64,000 nt of DNA, from assembly GCA_963666735.1 (NCBI GenBank), contig OY762926.1, positions 3,904,001-3,968,000 of the forward strand, in the 5' to 3' direction. Below, one piece after another: positions 50,701 to 58,803 of this stretch (its first letter is position 1; the number at the start of each line of letters is the position of its first letter). Under the pieces are notes generated by a model that searched no databases, was not told the origin of the DNA, and worked only from the letters and a program-made list of their open reading frames with translations. This DNA is from Gemmatimonadota bacterium (GTDB lineage: Bacteria > Gemmatimonadota > Gemmatimonadetes > Palauibacterales > Palauibacteraceae). The position numbers were made by a program, and so were the translations under genes.

Positions 50701-51182
50701 AACGCCCGCGAGCGCGAGACGACGACGTACTTGCCGTCCGGCATCCACTCCGGCGAGAGGAAGACGCTCCCGATCCCCTTGCTGAGCTGCGTCGGCTCGC
50801 CCCCCTCCGCGTCCATGAGCCACACGTTCTCGTCGCCGCTGCGGTCCGAGACGAAGACGATCCGCGACCCGTCCGGACTGAAGCGCGGCTGCATGTCGTG
50901 CGGCAGGCCGCTCGTGAGCCGCGTCGCCTCGCCGCCCGCGATGGGCATCCGGTAGAGGTCGCCCAGGAGGTCGAAGACGAGCGTCTGGCCGTCCGGACTC
51001 ACATCGAGCGAGATCCAGGTCCCCTCGTTCGTCGTGAAGCGGGCCCAGCGTGCCGGTTCGAGGGGAAGACCCCGGTCGGGATCCTTCTTCTCCTCCTCCT
51101 GGGCCGCGACGGGCAGGGGTGCGAGCAGCGGTGCGAGCAGCAGCAGAGCGGCTGCCCAGCGGCGACAATGGAACGACAGCAT
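47766..51182 (-). CDS. Secreted amidohydrolase-family protein with PD40/TolB-like beta-propeller (paralog)
   Basis: Same architecture; 'PGFVDTHAH', 'GSIEPGKLADLV'; signal peptide from ATG 51182. Confidence 0.88.
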   Translation of the reverse strand: MLSFHCRRWAAALLLLAPLLAPLPVAAQEEEKKDPDRGLPLEPARWARFTTNEGTWISLDVSPDGQTLVFDLLGDLYRMPIAGGEATRLTSGLPHDMQPRFSPDGSRIVFVSDRSGDENVWLMDAEGGEPTQLSKGIGSVFLSPEWMPDGKYVVVSRSRAFFGLEKLWLYHVDGGTGLEMVGGSGAQRMLGAAVDAEGRYIWYAQRLGTWQYNAIFPQYQLWVYDRRTGTRTPMTSRYGSAFRPALSPDGEWLAYATREDTETGIRLRELDSGEERWLAYPVQRDDQESTATMDVLPGYSFTPDSEAIVVSYGGGIWRVPVDGSEPAEIPFTVNAEIAVGPEVDFEYPIEDTPTFVVKQIRNTRPSPDGTRVAFTALDRLYVADVADGTPRRLTGDDVGEYHPVWSPDGGSVAYVTWDDDTGEGHIRRVSADGGASTSLTREPAYYQQPAWSPDGGRIVAIRSSRRNVQEAVDPFIGFGLDSEFVWIPADGGALTRIGPTGGRRQPHFTSDPDRIYYYGLARADAVPGSPIPPIATTALSSARWDDTDRRQHLAVTSRANLGAGGVPSRAGRYDRSPRSDLPMPPTFDHDEPRELILRLGAGSVVMAPRGDLALAHIGDDLYAVTVPDLGATLPRIDVAKPDSAGVPAWKLNELGAEFPVWGADGRTIHWSLGNALFTYDLDAALADTAYAPAEQQIEVTAERDIPRGTVVLRGARAITMNGDEILDNADIVITDNRIASVRAGPGEVPEGAQVVDISGKTVVPGFVDTHAHMWNLWDFHWARPWIYQANLAYGVTTTRDPQTATTDVLSYEDMVRAGRMVGPRVYHTGPGVFQFDFIRSYEHALDVLRKYSRYYDTKTFKMYMSGNRRQRQWLIMAARELGLMPTTEGGLEYRLNMTHAMDGYPGIEHSMPIIPAYNDVVELFATSGTVNSPTLLVSYGGPWAENYFYTRWDIFGDEKLTHFTPKRELDIKARRLGLFTGPGPGGWFAEEEYAFPKHAAWLADLVEGGGNTGVGSHGQLQGLGYHWELWALQSGGMDEHDALRAATLMGADAIGLSGDLGSIEPGKLADLVILDADPLANIRNTNTIDKVMMNGRLYDGDTLDELWPRQRPAPNEAWRDTAPAVTTSVGAGVPGGDR

Positions 51183-51327
51183 GCATCGACTCCGTTCGAC
51201 GGGATTGCGGTTTGGACCCTTATGCTGTGAATGCTGTGGACCGGATGATCGTACGTACGAGCGGTATAGTAGTGTCGGCTCGTAATCGCCACCAACCGTA
51301 ATCGTCACCAACAAAAGGAAACGATTC

Positions 51328-52236
51328 TTGGGCAACCATCGGGACATCGCGCTGATCTCCGTCTCCATCGACCTCGGGGCCGGGCGCCGGGGCGTGGACA
51401 TGGGCCCCTCCGCCCTTCGCATCGCAGGAATCAGCCGGGAGATCGAAGCCGTCGGGCACCGGGTCACCGAACTCGGCACGCTGACCGCCGGCGGGCTGGA
51501 GACCAGCGAGGCCGGCGAGAGCGAGCTGCGTTTTCTGGATGAGGTCGCGGACGTCGCCGAGCGGACCCGGGCCCTGGTCCGCTCGGGTCTTGACCGGGGC
51601 TGCACGCCGCTCGTCCTGGGTGGCGACCACTCGCTCTCGATCGGCTCCGTGGCGGCGGTCGCCGACCACTACCGCCCGCAGGGGGCGTCCATCGGCCTCA
51701 TCTGGGTCGACGCCCACGCCGACATGAACCGTCCCCACACCACGCCCAGCGGCAACATCCACGGGATGTCGCTTGCCGTCCTGCTGGGACACGGGGAGCC
51801 GAGGCTGACGCTCGGCCGGGCAAGCGTCCGCCCGGAGAACGCGAGCGTCCTCGGCGCGCGGTCGCTGGATGCCGGCGAGAAGCGGCTCATCCGCGAGCTG
51901 GGCCTCCGCGTGTTCACGATGTCCGAGATCGACGAACGCGGCGTGGCGCCGTGCATGGACGAGGCGCTGGAGCGCGCCAATGCCGGGACTCGCGGCTACC
52001 ACCTCTCCTTCGACCTCGACGCGCTCGATCCGCGGATCGCTCCGGGCGTGGGGACCCCGGTTCGCGGGGGACTGACCTACAGGGAAGGGCACCTCGTGTG
52101 CGAGAAGGCGTCCCGCTCCGGCCGGCTCCTCAGCCTGGAGCTCGTCGAACTCAACCCGGTCCTCGACGACCGCAACCAGACGGCCGAGTTGGGCGTCGGC
52201 CTCGTCGCCTCCGCGCTCGGCGCCACCATCCTGTAG
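51328..52236 (+). CDS. rocF: Arginase
   Basis: 'GVDMGP', 'GGDHS', 'DAHADMN', 'SGNIHGM', 'SFDLDALDP', 'ELNP'; AAAGGA RBS before TTG. Confidence 0.93.
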   Translation: MGNHRDIALISVSIDLGAGRRGVDMGPSALRIAGISREIEAVGHRVTELGTLTAGGLETSEAGESELRFLDEVADVAERTRALVRSGLDRGCTPLVLGGDHSLSIGSVAAVADHYRPQGASIGLIWVDAHADMNRPHTTPSGNIHGMSLAVLLGHGEPRLTLGRASVRPENASVLGARSLDAGEKRLIRELGLRVFTMSEIDERGVAPCMDEALERANAGTRGYHLSFDLDALDPRIAPGVGTPVRGGLTYREGHLVCEKASRSGRLLSLELVELNPVLDDRNQTAELGVGLVASALGATIL

Positions 52237-52292
52237 CCTGCATACGTTGCCCTGGACGCGAGCCGCCATTACGATGACCGCATCGACAGTCG

Positions 52293-52314
52293 TTGACATT
52301 GAGTCAATGTACAT
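52293..52314 (+). promoter_or_regulatory. TTGACA box overlapped by palindrome ACATTGA-G-TCAATGT (putative antitoxin operator)
   Basis: Perfect 7-bp inverted repeat at 52296-52310 plus ATGTACAT palindrome, just upstream of the RHH antitoxin gene. Confidence 0.6.
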
Positions 52315-52336
52315 GCGATCCCGGAGGAACCCGGAC

Positions 52337-52558
52337 ATGGATCAGATCACTGCGCGCGTCCCCCCTGCGATGGTCGAGGCCCTGGACGCTGCGGCATCAA
52401 CGCTGAGGCGAAGCCGGGCGGATGTCGTTCGCCACGCCCTGGAGCGATACCTGGAAGATTTCGACGACCTGACGGTCGCCGTGGAGCGGCTGCGCGATCC
52501 CGGCGATCCCGTACTCGACTGGGATGAGGTCAGGGGTGGCCTACTCCGTTCGGATTAA
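52337..52558 (+). CDS. Ribbon-helix-helix (CopG/RelB-like) antitoxin
   Basis: GGAGGA RBS; 'ITARVP...LDAAA...RSRADVVRHAL', acidic C-terminus 'LEDFDD...LDWDEV'. Confidence 0.85.
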   Translation: MDQITARVPPAMVEALDAAASTLRRSRADVVRHALERYLEDFDDLTVAVERLRDPGDPVLDWDEVRGGLLRSD

Positions 52559-52796
52559 GCGGAGCGCGGTCAAGGCGCTTGACCGGATTCCGCAGCGCGA
52601 CCGCGTGCGCATCGTGGATGCCATCGACGGGCTGGGGGAGCATCCCCACGCGGGCAATCCCCTGAAGGGAGGTCTGCGCGGGCTTCGGCGCATCCGCGTT
52701 GGCGGTTACCGCGTAGTGTACGAGGTGCAGGATGCGGCGCTTGTCGTTCTCGTGGTACGGGTCGCACATCGCGGGACCGTCTACCGGCCCCTGTAA
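52536..52796 (+). CDS. relE: RelE/ParE-family type II toxin
   Basis: 'YSVRIKRSAVKAL...L..HP...LKG...RRIRVGGYRVVYEV...VLVVRVAHR'; overlaps the antitoxin gene. Confidence 0.88.
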   Translation: MAYSVRIKRSAVKALDRIPQRDRVRIVDAIDGLGEHPHAGNPLKGGLRGLRRIRVGGYRVVYEVQDAALVVLVVRVAHRGTVYRPL

Positions 52797-52918
52797 GCTC
52801 CGTAATCCGGGATCCGTCGCAACCCCTTTCCGGCTGGCCGCTCCTTCGCGTATCTCCGATACTGACAGGTACCGACAGGTTCGACCCCGGGCCGGTCACG
52901 AAGCCGAAGGAGCGAAGG

Positions 52919-54997
52919 ATGAAGACGACGTTCGGATGCGCCGCCCTGTTGACAGCCATCGCCGCCGGAGCGCTCGCCGCGGACGCGGCGGCCCAGACCC
53001 GCCGGCTGTCGCTCGACCACTACATGGACATGGAGTCGGTCTCCAACCCCCGGATCTCGCCGAACGGATCGAAGATCGTCTACACCCGCGGCTGGGTGGA
53101 CAAGGTCAACGACCGGCGCGAGTCGTCCCTTTACATGATGAACGCGGCCGGGAGCCGGAAGCGGGCGCTCGTCGACGGCGGCGGAGCGCGCTGGTCCCCC
53201 GACGGCACGCGCATCCTGTTCACGGCGGCGGGCGAGCCCTCCGGGAGCCAGATCTTCGTGCGCTGGATGGACGAAGAGGGCGCCACGACCCAGGTCACCC
53301 GCCTCGAGAACGGACCGTCCTCACCTCGCTGGTCGCCCGATGGAGAGTGGATCGCCTTCACGAGCCGGGTGAACGACCGCGCGGACTTCGCCGGCGTGGA
53401 CCTTCCCTCGCGGCCGGACGGAGCGACGTGGACCACCGGGCCGAAGATCGTCGAGCGCGCCGGCTACAAGCGCGACCGCCAGGGGTACGTCGACACCGGC
53501 TGGACGCATGTGTTCGTCGTCCCGGCGGACGGGGGCGCCGCCCGCCAGCTCACGACGGGGGACTGGAACCACGGCGGGATCGCCTGGAGCCCCGACGGGA
53601 GCGAGATCTACTTCTCCTCCTACCGGGCCGCCGACTGGGACCGGCCCGAACACTGGCAGGAGTCCGAGATCTACGCGGTCTCCGTGGCCTCCGGCGCGAT
53701 TCGCCAACTCACGGAACGGCGCGGCCCGGACGCGGGACCCGTGCCCTCGCCCGACGGCAGCCTCATCGCCTACAGCGCGGGGGACGAGCACCGCGACACC
53801 TACCGGAACAGCAGAATCCACGTCATGAACCGCGACGGGTCCGGCTCGCGGCTCATCTCCGGAGACTATGACCGGCAGTCCGGCGGCTTCCAGTGGGCGC
53901 CCGACGGGAGCGGCCTCTACTTCAACGTGAGCCGGGAAGGGTACCGGCAGCTCCACTTCGTCTCCGTCGATGGCGGCGTAACGCAGCTCACGGACGGGGC
54001 GCATCTCTTCTCCCTCTCCTCCTTCGCGGAGGACGGCACCGCGGTGGGCACGATCGCCGCGGACCACCAGCCCGGCGACCTCTATCGGTTCTCCCTCTCG
54101 ACCCCGGGCGAGGTCACCCGCCTGACGGAGGTCAACGCGGACGTGCTCCGCGGCCTGACCCTCGGCGAGGTGGAGGAGGTCTGGTACGAGTCGACCGACG
54201 GCTTCCGGATCCAGGGCTGGATCGTGAAGCCGCCCGACTTCGATCCGGATCGCAAGTATCCGCTCATGCTCGCCATCCACGGCGGACCGCACGGCATGTA
54301 CAACGGCGGGTTCAACTTCGCCTTCCAGGAGCACGCCTCGAACGACTACGTCGTCCTCTACACGAACCCGCGGGGAAGCACGGGATACGGGACGGAGTTC
54401 GCGAACGCGATCAACCACGACTATCCGGGCGCGGATTTTCCCGACCTCATGGGCGGCGTCGACGAGATGGTGCGCCGCGGCTACGTCGACGAGGACAACC
54501 TGTTCGTGTACGGGTGCTCGGGCGGCGGCATCCTCACCTCGTATATCGTGGGGAACACGGACCGCTTCCGGGCCGCCTCCGCGAACTGTCCGATCGTGAA
54601 CTGGATGTCCGCGATGGGGACGTCCGACGCCATCGGCTACCTGCGCACCTTCGAGAAGCCCTTCTGGGAAGATCCGGAGGAGTGGATGGACCGGTCGTCC
54701 ATCTTCTACGTGGGGAACGTGACGACGCCGACGATGCTGATGACGGGGGAGATGGACCTGCGGACGCCGATGGGCCAGACCGAGGAGTTCTACCAGGCGC
54801 TTCACTATGAGGGCGTGCCGACGGTCATGGTGCGCTTCGAGGGGGAGTGGCACGGGACGAGTTCGCGCCCGTCGAATTTCCTGCGCACGCAGCTCTACCT
54901 GAGGAAGTGGTTCGAGCAGTGGGGGACGCAGCGCGCGTCGGTGACGACGGAGGATGGGGACGACGGGGGGGACGACGGGGAGGGCGACGGCTCTTGA
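52919..54997 (+). CDS. S9-family peptidase (acylaminoacyl/dipeptidyl peptidase-like), secreted
   Basis: PD40 propeller, 'IHGGP', 'NPRGSTGYG', nucleophile 'GCSGGG', catalytic D (GEMDLRTP) and H (GEWHG). Confidence 0.92.
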   Translation: MKTTFGCAALLTAIAAGALAADAAAQTRRLSLDHYMDMESVSNPRISPNGSKIVYTRGWVDKVNDRRESSLYMMNAAGSRKRALVDGGGARWSPDGTRILFTAAGEPSGSQIFVRWMDEEGATTQVTRLENGPSSPRWSPDGEWIAFTSRVNDRADFAGVDLPSRPDGATWTTGPKIVERAGYKRDRQGYVDTGWTHVFVVPADGGAARQLTTGDWNHGGIAWSPDGSEIYFSSYRAADWDRPEHWQESEIYAVSVASGAIRQLTERRGPDAGPVPSPDGSLIAYSAGDEHRDTYRNSRIHVMNRDGSGSRLISGDYDRQSGGFQWAPDGSGLYFNVSREGYRQLHFVSVDGGVTQLTDGAHLFSLSSFAEDGTAVGTIAADHQPGDLYRFSLSTPGEVTRLTEVNADVLRGLTLGEVEEVWYESTDGFRIQGWIVKPPDFDPDRKYPLMLAIHGGPHGMYNGGFNFAFQEHASNDYVVLYTNPRGSTGYGTEFANAINHDYPGADFPDLMGGVDEMVRRGYVDEDNLFVYGCSGGGILTSYIVGNTDRFRAASANCPIVNWMSAMGTSDAIGYLRTFEKPFWEDPEEWMDRSSIFYVGNVTTPTMLMTGEMDLRTPMGQTEEFYQALHYEGVPTVMVRFEGEWHGTSSRPSNFLRTQLYLRKWFEQWGTQRASVTTEDGDDGGDDGEGDGS

Positions 54998-55839
54998 GCG
55001 TTCCCGGAGGCACGGCGCCCGCCGCGGCCCCCGTCGCGGGCGCCGGATCGCGGATCGGGGGCGCGTTCGAGGGTCGTGAAGGGGGGGCGGCGTTCATCCC
55101 CTTTCTGTCGAGCGGGTTTCCGAGACCGGCGGACACCCCGCGGCTGCTCGAGCGGCTGGCGGGGGATGGCGCCGACATCATCGAACTCGGGATCCCGTTC
55201 AGCGACCCGCTCGCGGACGGGCCGACGATCCAGGCCGCGAGCTGGCGCGCGCTGGAGCAGGGCGTGACGGTCGAATCCACCCTGGAGCAGTTGGCCGGGA
55301 TATCGGCCGACCTGCCGCCCGTCGTCGTCTTCTCCTACCTGAATCCGATCCTCCGCATGGGAGTGGAACGTTTCCTGGCGCGGGCGGAGGCCGCGGGGGC
55401 GGCGGGACTCCTCGTCACCGACCTTCCCGTGGGTTCGCATCCGGAGCTGGAGCGGCGGTTGGCCGCCGGTCCGCTCGACCTCATCCCCCTCGCGGCCCCC
55501 ACCACGCCGCGCGACCGCCTCGAGACCATCCTCGGCCACGCCTCGGGGTTCCTCTACTACATCTCCCGCCTCGGCGTGACGGGCGCGCGGAAGGCGCTGA
55601 ACGCCGCGCTCGACGACCAGGTGAAACGGCTGCGCAAGACGGTGCGCCTGCCGGTGGCCGTGGGGTTCGGGATCTCCACCCCGGAGCAGGCGGCGGCGGT
55701 CGCGGGCATGGCGGACGGCGTCGTCGTGGGGTCCGCGCTCATCGCGGCGCTGGGCCGCGGCGAGGCCGCGTTCGGAGAGCTGTCCGCCGCGCTCGCCGCG
55801 GCCGTCCACCGCGACATCTTGAACGGAGCAGCCCGATGA
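54994..55839 (+). CDS. trpA: Tryptophan synthase alpha chain
   Basis: 'IELGIPFSDPLADGPTIQ', 'YLNP', 'APTT', 'GVTG', 'VGFGI', 'ADGVVVGSA'. Start (TTG 54994, overlapping the upstream stop) is approximate. Confidence 0.95.
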   Translation: MSVPGGTAPAAAPVAGAGSRIGGAFEGREGGAAFIPFLSSGFPRPADTPRLLERLAGDGADIIELGIPFSDPLADGPTIQAASWRALEQGVTVESTLEQLAGISADLPPVVVFSYLNPILRMGVERFLARAEAAGAAGLLVTDLPVGSHPELERRLAAGPLDLIPLAAPTTPRDRLETILGHASGFLYYISRLGVTGARKALNAALDDQVKRLRKTVRLPVAVGFGISTPEQAAAVAGMADGVVVGSALIAALGRGEAAFGELSAALAAAVHRDILNGAAR

Positions 55840-58262
55840 CGCCCACGAAGCCTGCCGCGATGATGATGATGATGAGACGGACTTTCGGGGTCGTGTTCGG
55901 GGCCGTTGCCGCGTGCGCGCCGGTGGCGGCGCAGGACGGCTTCGGTGCGGCGGTATGGGCGCCGGCGGCGGACGAGATCCTCGTCCTCAAGCCGGGGTTC
56001 GGTCGCGGGCCCGCGTCGGTGCTCGTGTTCGGGAAGGGCGACTCCGGCTGGTCGCAGGTCCAGGAAGTGTGGTCGGCGGGTTCGCTGCTCGGCGAGTCGT
56101 TCGGCCGGACGATGGCGCCCGTGGAGGGCGGGTTCCTCGCCGCGAGCGGGGATCCGCAAGTGATGATCGGCGCGTACGGGTTCGCGCGCGGGGCGGACGG
56201 CGCCTGGGCGGAGTCGGGTGCCCTGCCGCTCCGCGCCGAGGCCGCCGCCGCGCCCGAAGAGATGAGCATGGGCCGCGTGATGGCGATCCTCCAGCCGCCC
56301 GCGCGCGTCGTCGCCGCGGACGGGGGCGTGGCGCTCGTCTCGGCGCCGGCCGGGCAGGGCGCCGGGACCGCGGTTCGGGTCTACGAGCGGGGGGCGGACG
56401 GCGCGTGGAGCGCGGCGGGCTTGCTGGAAGCCGAAGACCTCCGGGCCAACGCGCGCTACGGGGCGGCGATGGCGGTACGTGGCGGGTTCGCGGCGGTCGG
56501 GGCACCGGGGCAGGGAAGTTCGGGCACGGTGTACCTGTTCGCGCGCGGGGCGGACGGCGCGTGGAGCCGTGAGGTGGCGCTCGAGGCGCCCGCGCTCGGC
56601 CGGAGCACAGGGTTGGGCGCCAGCGTCCTCTTCACCGGCGATGGCGAACTCGCCTTGGGCGCGCCCTCCGCGGAGGGGTCGGCCGGCCGCGTGGTGCTCT
56701 TCGCCCGGGAGGCGGGGGGCGACTGGGCCGAGGCGGCAACGTTACTCCCGGAAGCTTCGGGACCGGGCCAGCGTTTCGGGACCGCGCTCGCCGCCGCCGG
56801 AGACGAACTGATCGTCGGGGCGCCCGGCGCGGCGGACGGCCGGGGCCGGGTCGACGCTTTCACCCGCGTGGACGCGGACGGTGAGTGGCGCGCCGGCCGT
56901 TCCTTCTCGCCCGAGGACGCCGCCCTCGTCGCGGGTTTCGGATCCGCCCTCGCCCTCCGCCCCGCCCTCGCCGTGGTCGGCAGCCCCGCGTCCGAAGGGA
57001 GCGGGGGGCTCGCCGCCGTGTACGAAGCGGCGGAGGACGGCTCCTGGTCGGAGCCGGTCTGGCTGCGGCCCGGGATTCCGCCCGCGGCGGTGACGTCGGC
57101 CGAGGTGCGCTGCGAGGGCGACCGCGCCGCGGGCTTCGACTGCGCGGATGTCGACCTCCAGGCATACCTCCCCCTCGCCTCCATCGGCGCCGAACCCGGG
57201 GAGCGGGTGAGCGACGCCTGGGGCTGGACCGACCCCGAGACGGGCCGCGAGTACGGCCTCGTGGGCCGCTCCGGCGGGGCTGCGGCCGTCGACGTCACCG
57301 ACGCCGTCAACCCCGTGTATCTCGGCGTCATCCCCGCGAACCGCAGCGGCGCCCGCGACCTCAAGGTCTACGCCGACCACCTCTTCTTCACCGGGGACGG
57401 GGCCGGCGCCCACGGCCTCGTCGTCTTCGATCTCACCCGCCTGCGCGACGTGGCGAATCCCCCCGTGGAATTCGCGCCCGACCTCCGCTGGGACGGGATC
57501 GGGAGCGCCCACAACCTGATCATCGACACCGGCGCGGGCACCGCCTTCACCGTCTCCACGAGCGGAGACGGGCATACCTGCGGCGGCGGTCTCGTGATGA
57601 TCGATATTCGCCAGCCGCTCGCGCCCGAGTTCGCCGGCTGCTACACGGACACCGAAGGGCTCATCTTCCAGGGGCGGACGCACGATGCGCAGTGCCTCGT
57701 GTACGACGGGCCCGACATGGACTACCGCGGCCGGGAACTGTGCTTCGCGTCGAACGAGACCGCGCTCCGGATCGTCGACGTCACGGACAAGTCGAACCCG
57801 CGCCCGATCTCGGCCGCCGCGTACCCCGGCGTCGCCTACATCCACCAGGGGTGGCTGAGCGATGACCGGCGCCACTTCTACCTGGACGACGAACTCGACG
57901 AACTCGTCGGCACGACGGACCGAACGAAGACGATCGTGTGGGACGTGACGGATCTCGATGACCCCGTCGTGATCGCGGACTACTACGGACCCAACAACGC
58001 GACGGACCACAATCTCTACGTGAAGGGCGACCGGATGTACCAGGCCAACTACCAGGCCGGCTTCCGCGTCATCGACATCAGCGACCCCGAGAACCTGCGG
58101 GAGGTCGGGCACTTCGACACGACACCGTACGGAGCCGATCCTCCCGGCTTCAACGGGGCGTGGACCGCGTTCCCCTACTTCGAGAGCGGGACCGTGCTCG
58201 TGACGAGCATGCTGGAGGGCGTCTTCCTTCTCAAGCCGAGGCGGACCGAACTCGTCCCCTGA
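55836..58262 (+). CDS. Choice-of-anchor B family protein with N-terminal FG-GAP-like repeats
   Basis: Repeated 'FG.A.A...VGAP' units; then 'SDAWGWTDPETGREY', 'AHN', 'THDAQC', 'YIHQGW', 'DDELDE', 'DHN', 'NYQAG', 'GAW'. Confidence 0.85.
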   Translation: MTPTKPAAMMMMMRRTFGVVFGAVAACAPVAAQDGFGAAVWAPAADEILVLKPGFGRGPASVLVFGKGDSGWSQVQEVWSAGSLLGESFGRTMAPVEGGFLAASGDPQVMIGAYGFARGADGAWAESGALPLRAEAAAAPEEMSMGRVMAILQPPARVVAADGGVALVSAPAGQGAGTAVRVYERGADGAWSAAGLLEAEDLRANARYGAAMAVRGGFAAVGAPGQGSSGTVYLFARGADGAWSREVALEAPALGRSTGLGASVLFTGDGELALGAPSAEGSAGRVVLFAREAGGDWAEAATLLPEASGPGQRFGTALAAAGDELIVGAPGAADGRGRVDAFTRVDADGEWRAGRSFSPEDAALVAGFGSALALRPALAVVGSPASEGSGGLAAVYEAAEDGSWSEPVWLRPGIPPAAVTSAEVRCEGDRAAGFDCADVDLQAYLPLASIGAEPGERVSDAWGWTDPETGREYGLVGRSGGAAAVDVTDAVNPVYLGVIPANRSGARDLKVYADHLFFTGDGAGAHGLVVFDLTRLRDVANPPVEFAPDLRWDGIGSAHNLIIDTGAGTAFTVSTSGDGHTCGGGLVMIDIRQPLAPEFAGCYTDTEGLIFQGRTHDAQCLVYDGPDMDYRGRELCFASNETALRIVDVTDKSNPRPISAAAYPGVAYIHQGWLSDDRRHFYLDDELDELVGTTDRTKTIVWDVTDLDDPVVIADYYGPNNATDHNLYVKGDRMYQANYQAGFRVIDISDPENLREVGHFDTTPYGADPPGFNGAWTAFPYFESGTVLVTSMLEGVFLLKPRRTELVP

Positions 58263-58263
58263 C

Positions 58264-58313
58264 GGCGGACCCACTGCCGATGGCGGACCCACTGCCGATG
58301 GCGGATCCACTGC
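58264..58313. repeat. 18-bp tandem repeat (GGCGGACCCACTGCCGAT) x~2.8
   Basis: Two exact copies and one partial copy in the intergenic spacer. Confidence 0.85.
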
Positions 58314-58320
58314 GAATCAA

Positions 58321-58800
58321 ATGGGAGATCAGATGACGGCAAGAGGATGCATCGTTCACTGCGGCGGGGACGGCCCGCTCCTCGTTCGAAGTCCGCTCCT
58401 CGTGCGCATGCCGGGTGAGGAAGACGGAATCGCGAAGCCGAAGGCCGCCCTGTGCCGGTGCGGGAAGTCCGCGAACAAGCCGTTCTGTGACGGGGCGCAC
58501 CGCGACATCGAATTCCGGGCCTCCGGACCGATCGACACGACCCGCGCGACGTCCGAGTCGGAGCCGACGTTCGGGGAGGAGGCCGGAGGAGCGGCAGGAG
58601 AACCGGCAGGGGAAGCCGTCGTCACGGCGCACGCAAACGGTCCGTTGCACTTCGATGGCGTCGTGGAAATGAGCGGCGAGGGGCACGAGGGATCCGCCCG
58701 CTTCCTGCAGCCGTGGCTGTGCCGCTGCGGCGCCTCGAAGAACAAGCCGTTCTGCGACGGGTCCCACAAGGAGATCGAGTTCGAGGCGGAGGGCCTCTAG
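58321..58800 (+). CDS. Tandem CDGSH iron-sulfur domain protein
   Basis: Two motifs: 'LCRCGKSANKPFCDGAH' and 'LCRCGASKNKPFCDGSH'. Confidence 0.92.
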   Translation: MGDQMTARGCIVHCGGDGPLLVRSPLLVRMPGEEDGIAKPKAALCRCGKSANKPFCDGAHRDIEFRASGPIDTTRATSESEPTFGEEAGGAAGEPAGEAVVTAHANGPLHFDGVVEMSGEGHEGSARFLQPWLCRCGASKNKPFCDGSHKEIEFEAEGL

Positions 58801-58803
58801 GGC

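Noticed and set aside
55860..55874. (ATG)5 run giving MMMMM in the choice-of-anchor B N-terminus as a phase-variation tract
   Set aside because: A triplet repeat does not shift frame; it only makes the start codon ambiguous.
58264..58313. Short repeats as a possible CRISPR array
   Set aside because: Units are 18 bp and directly adjacent with no spacers, and there are no cas genes. The same applies to the other tandem repeats.
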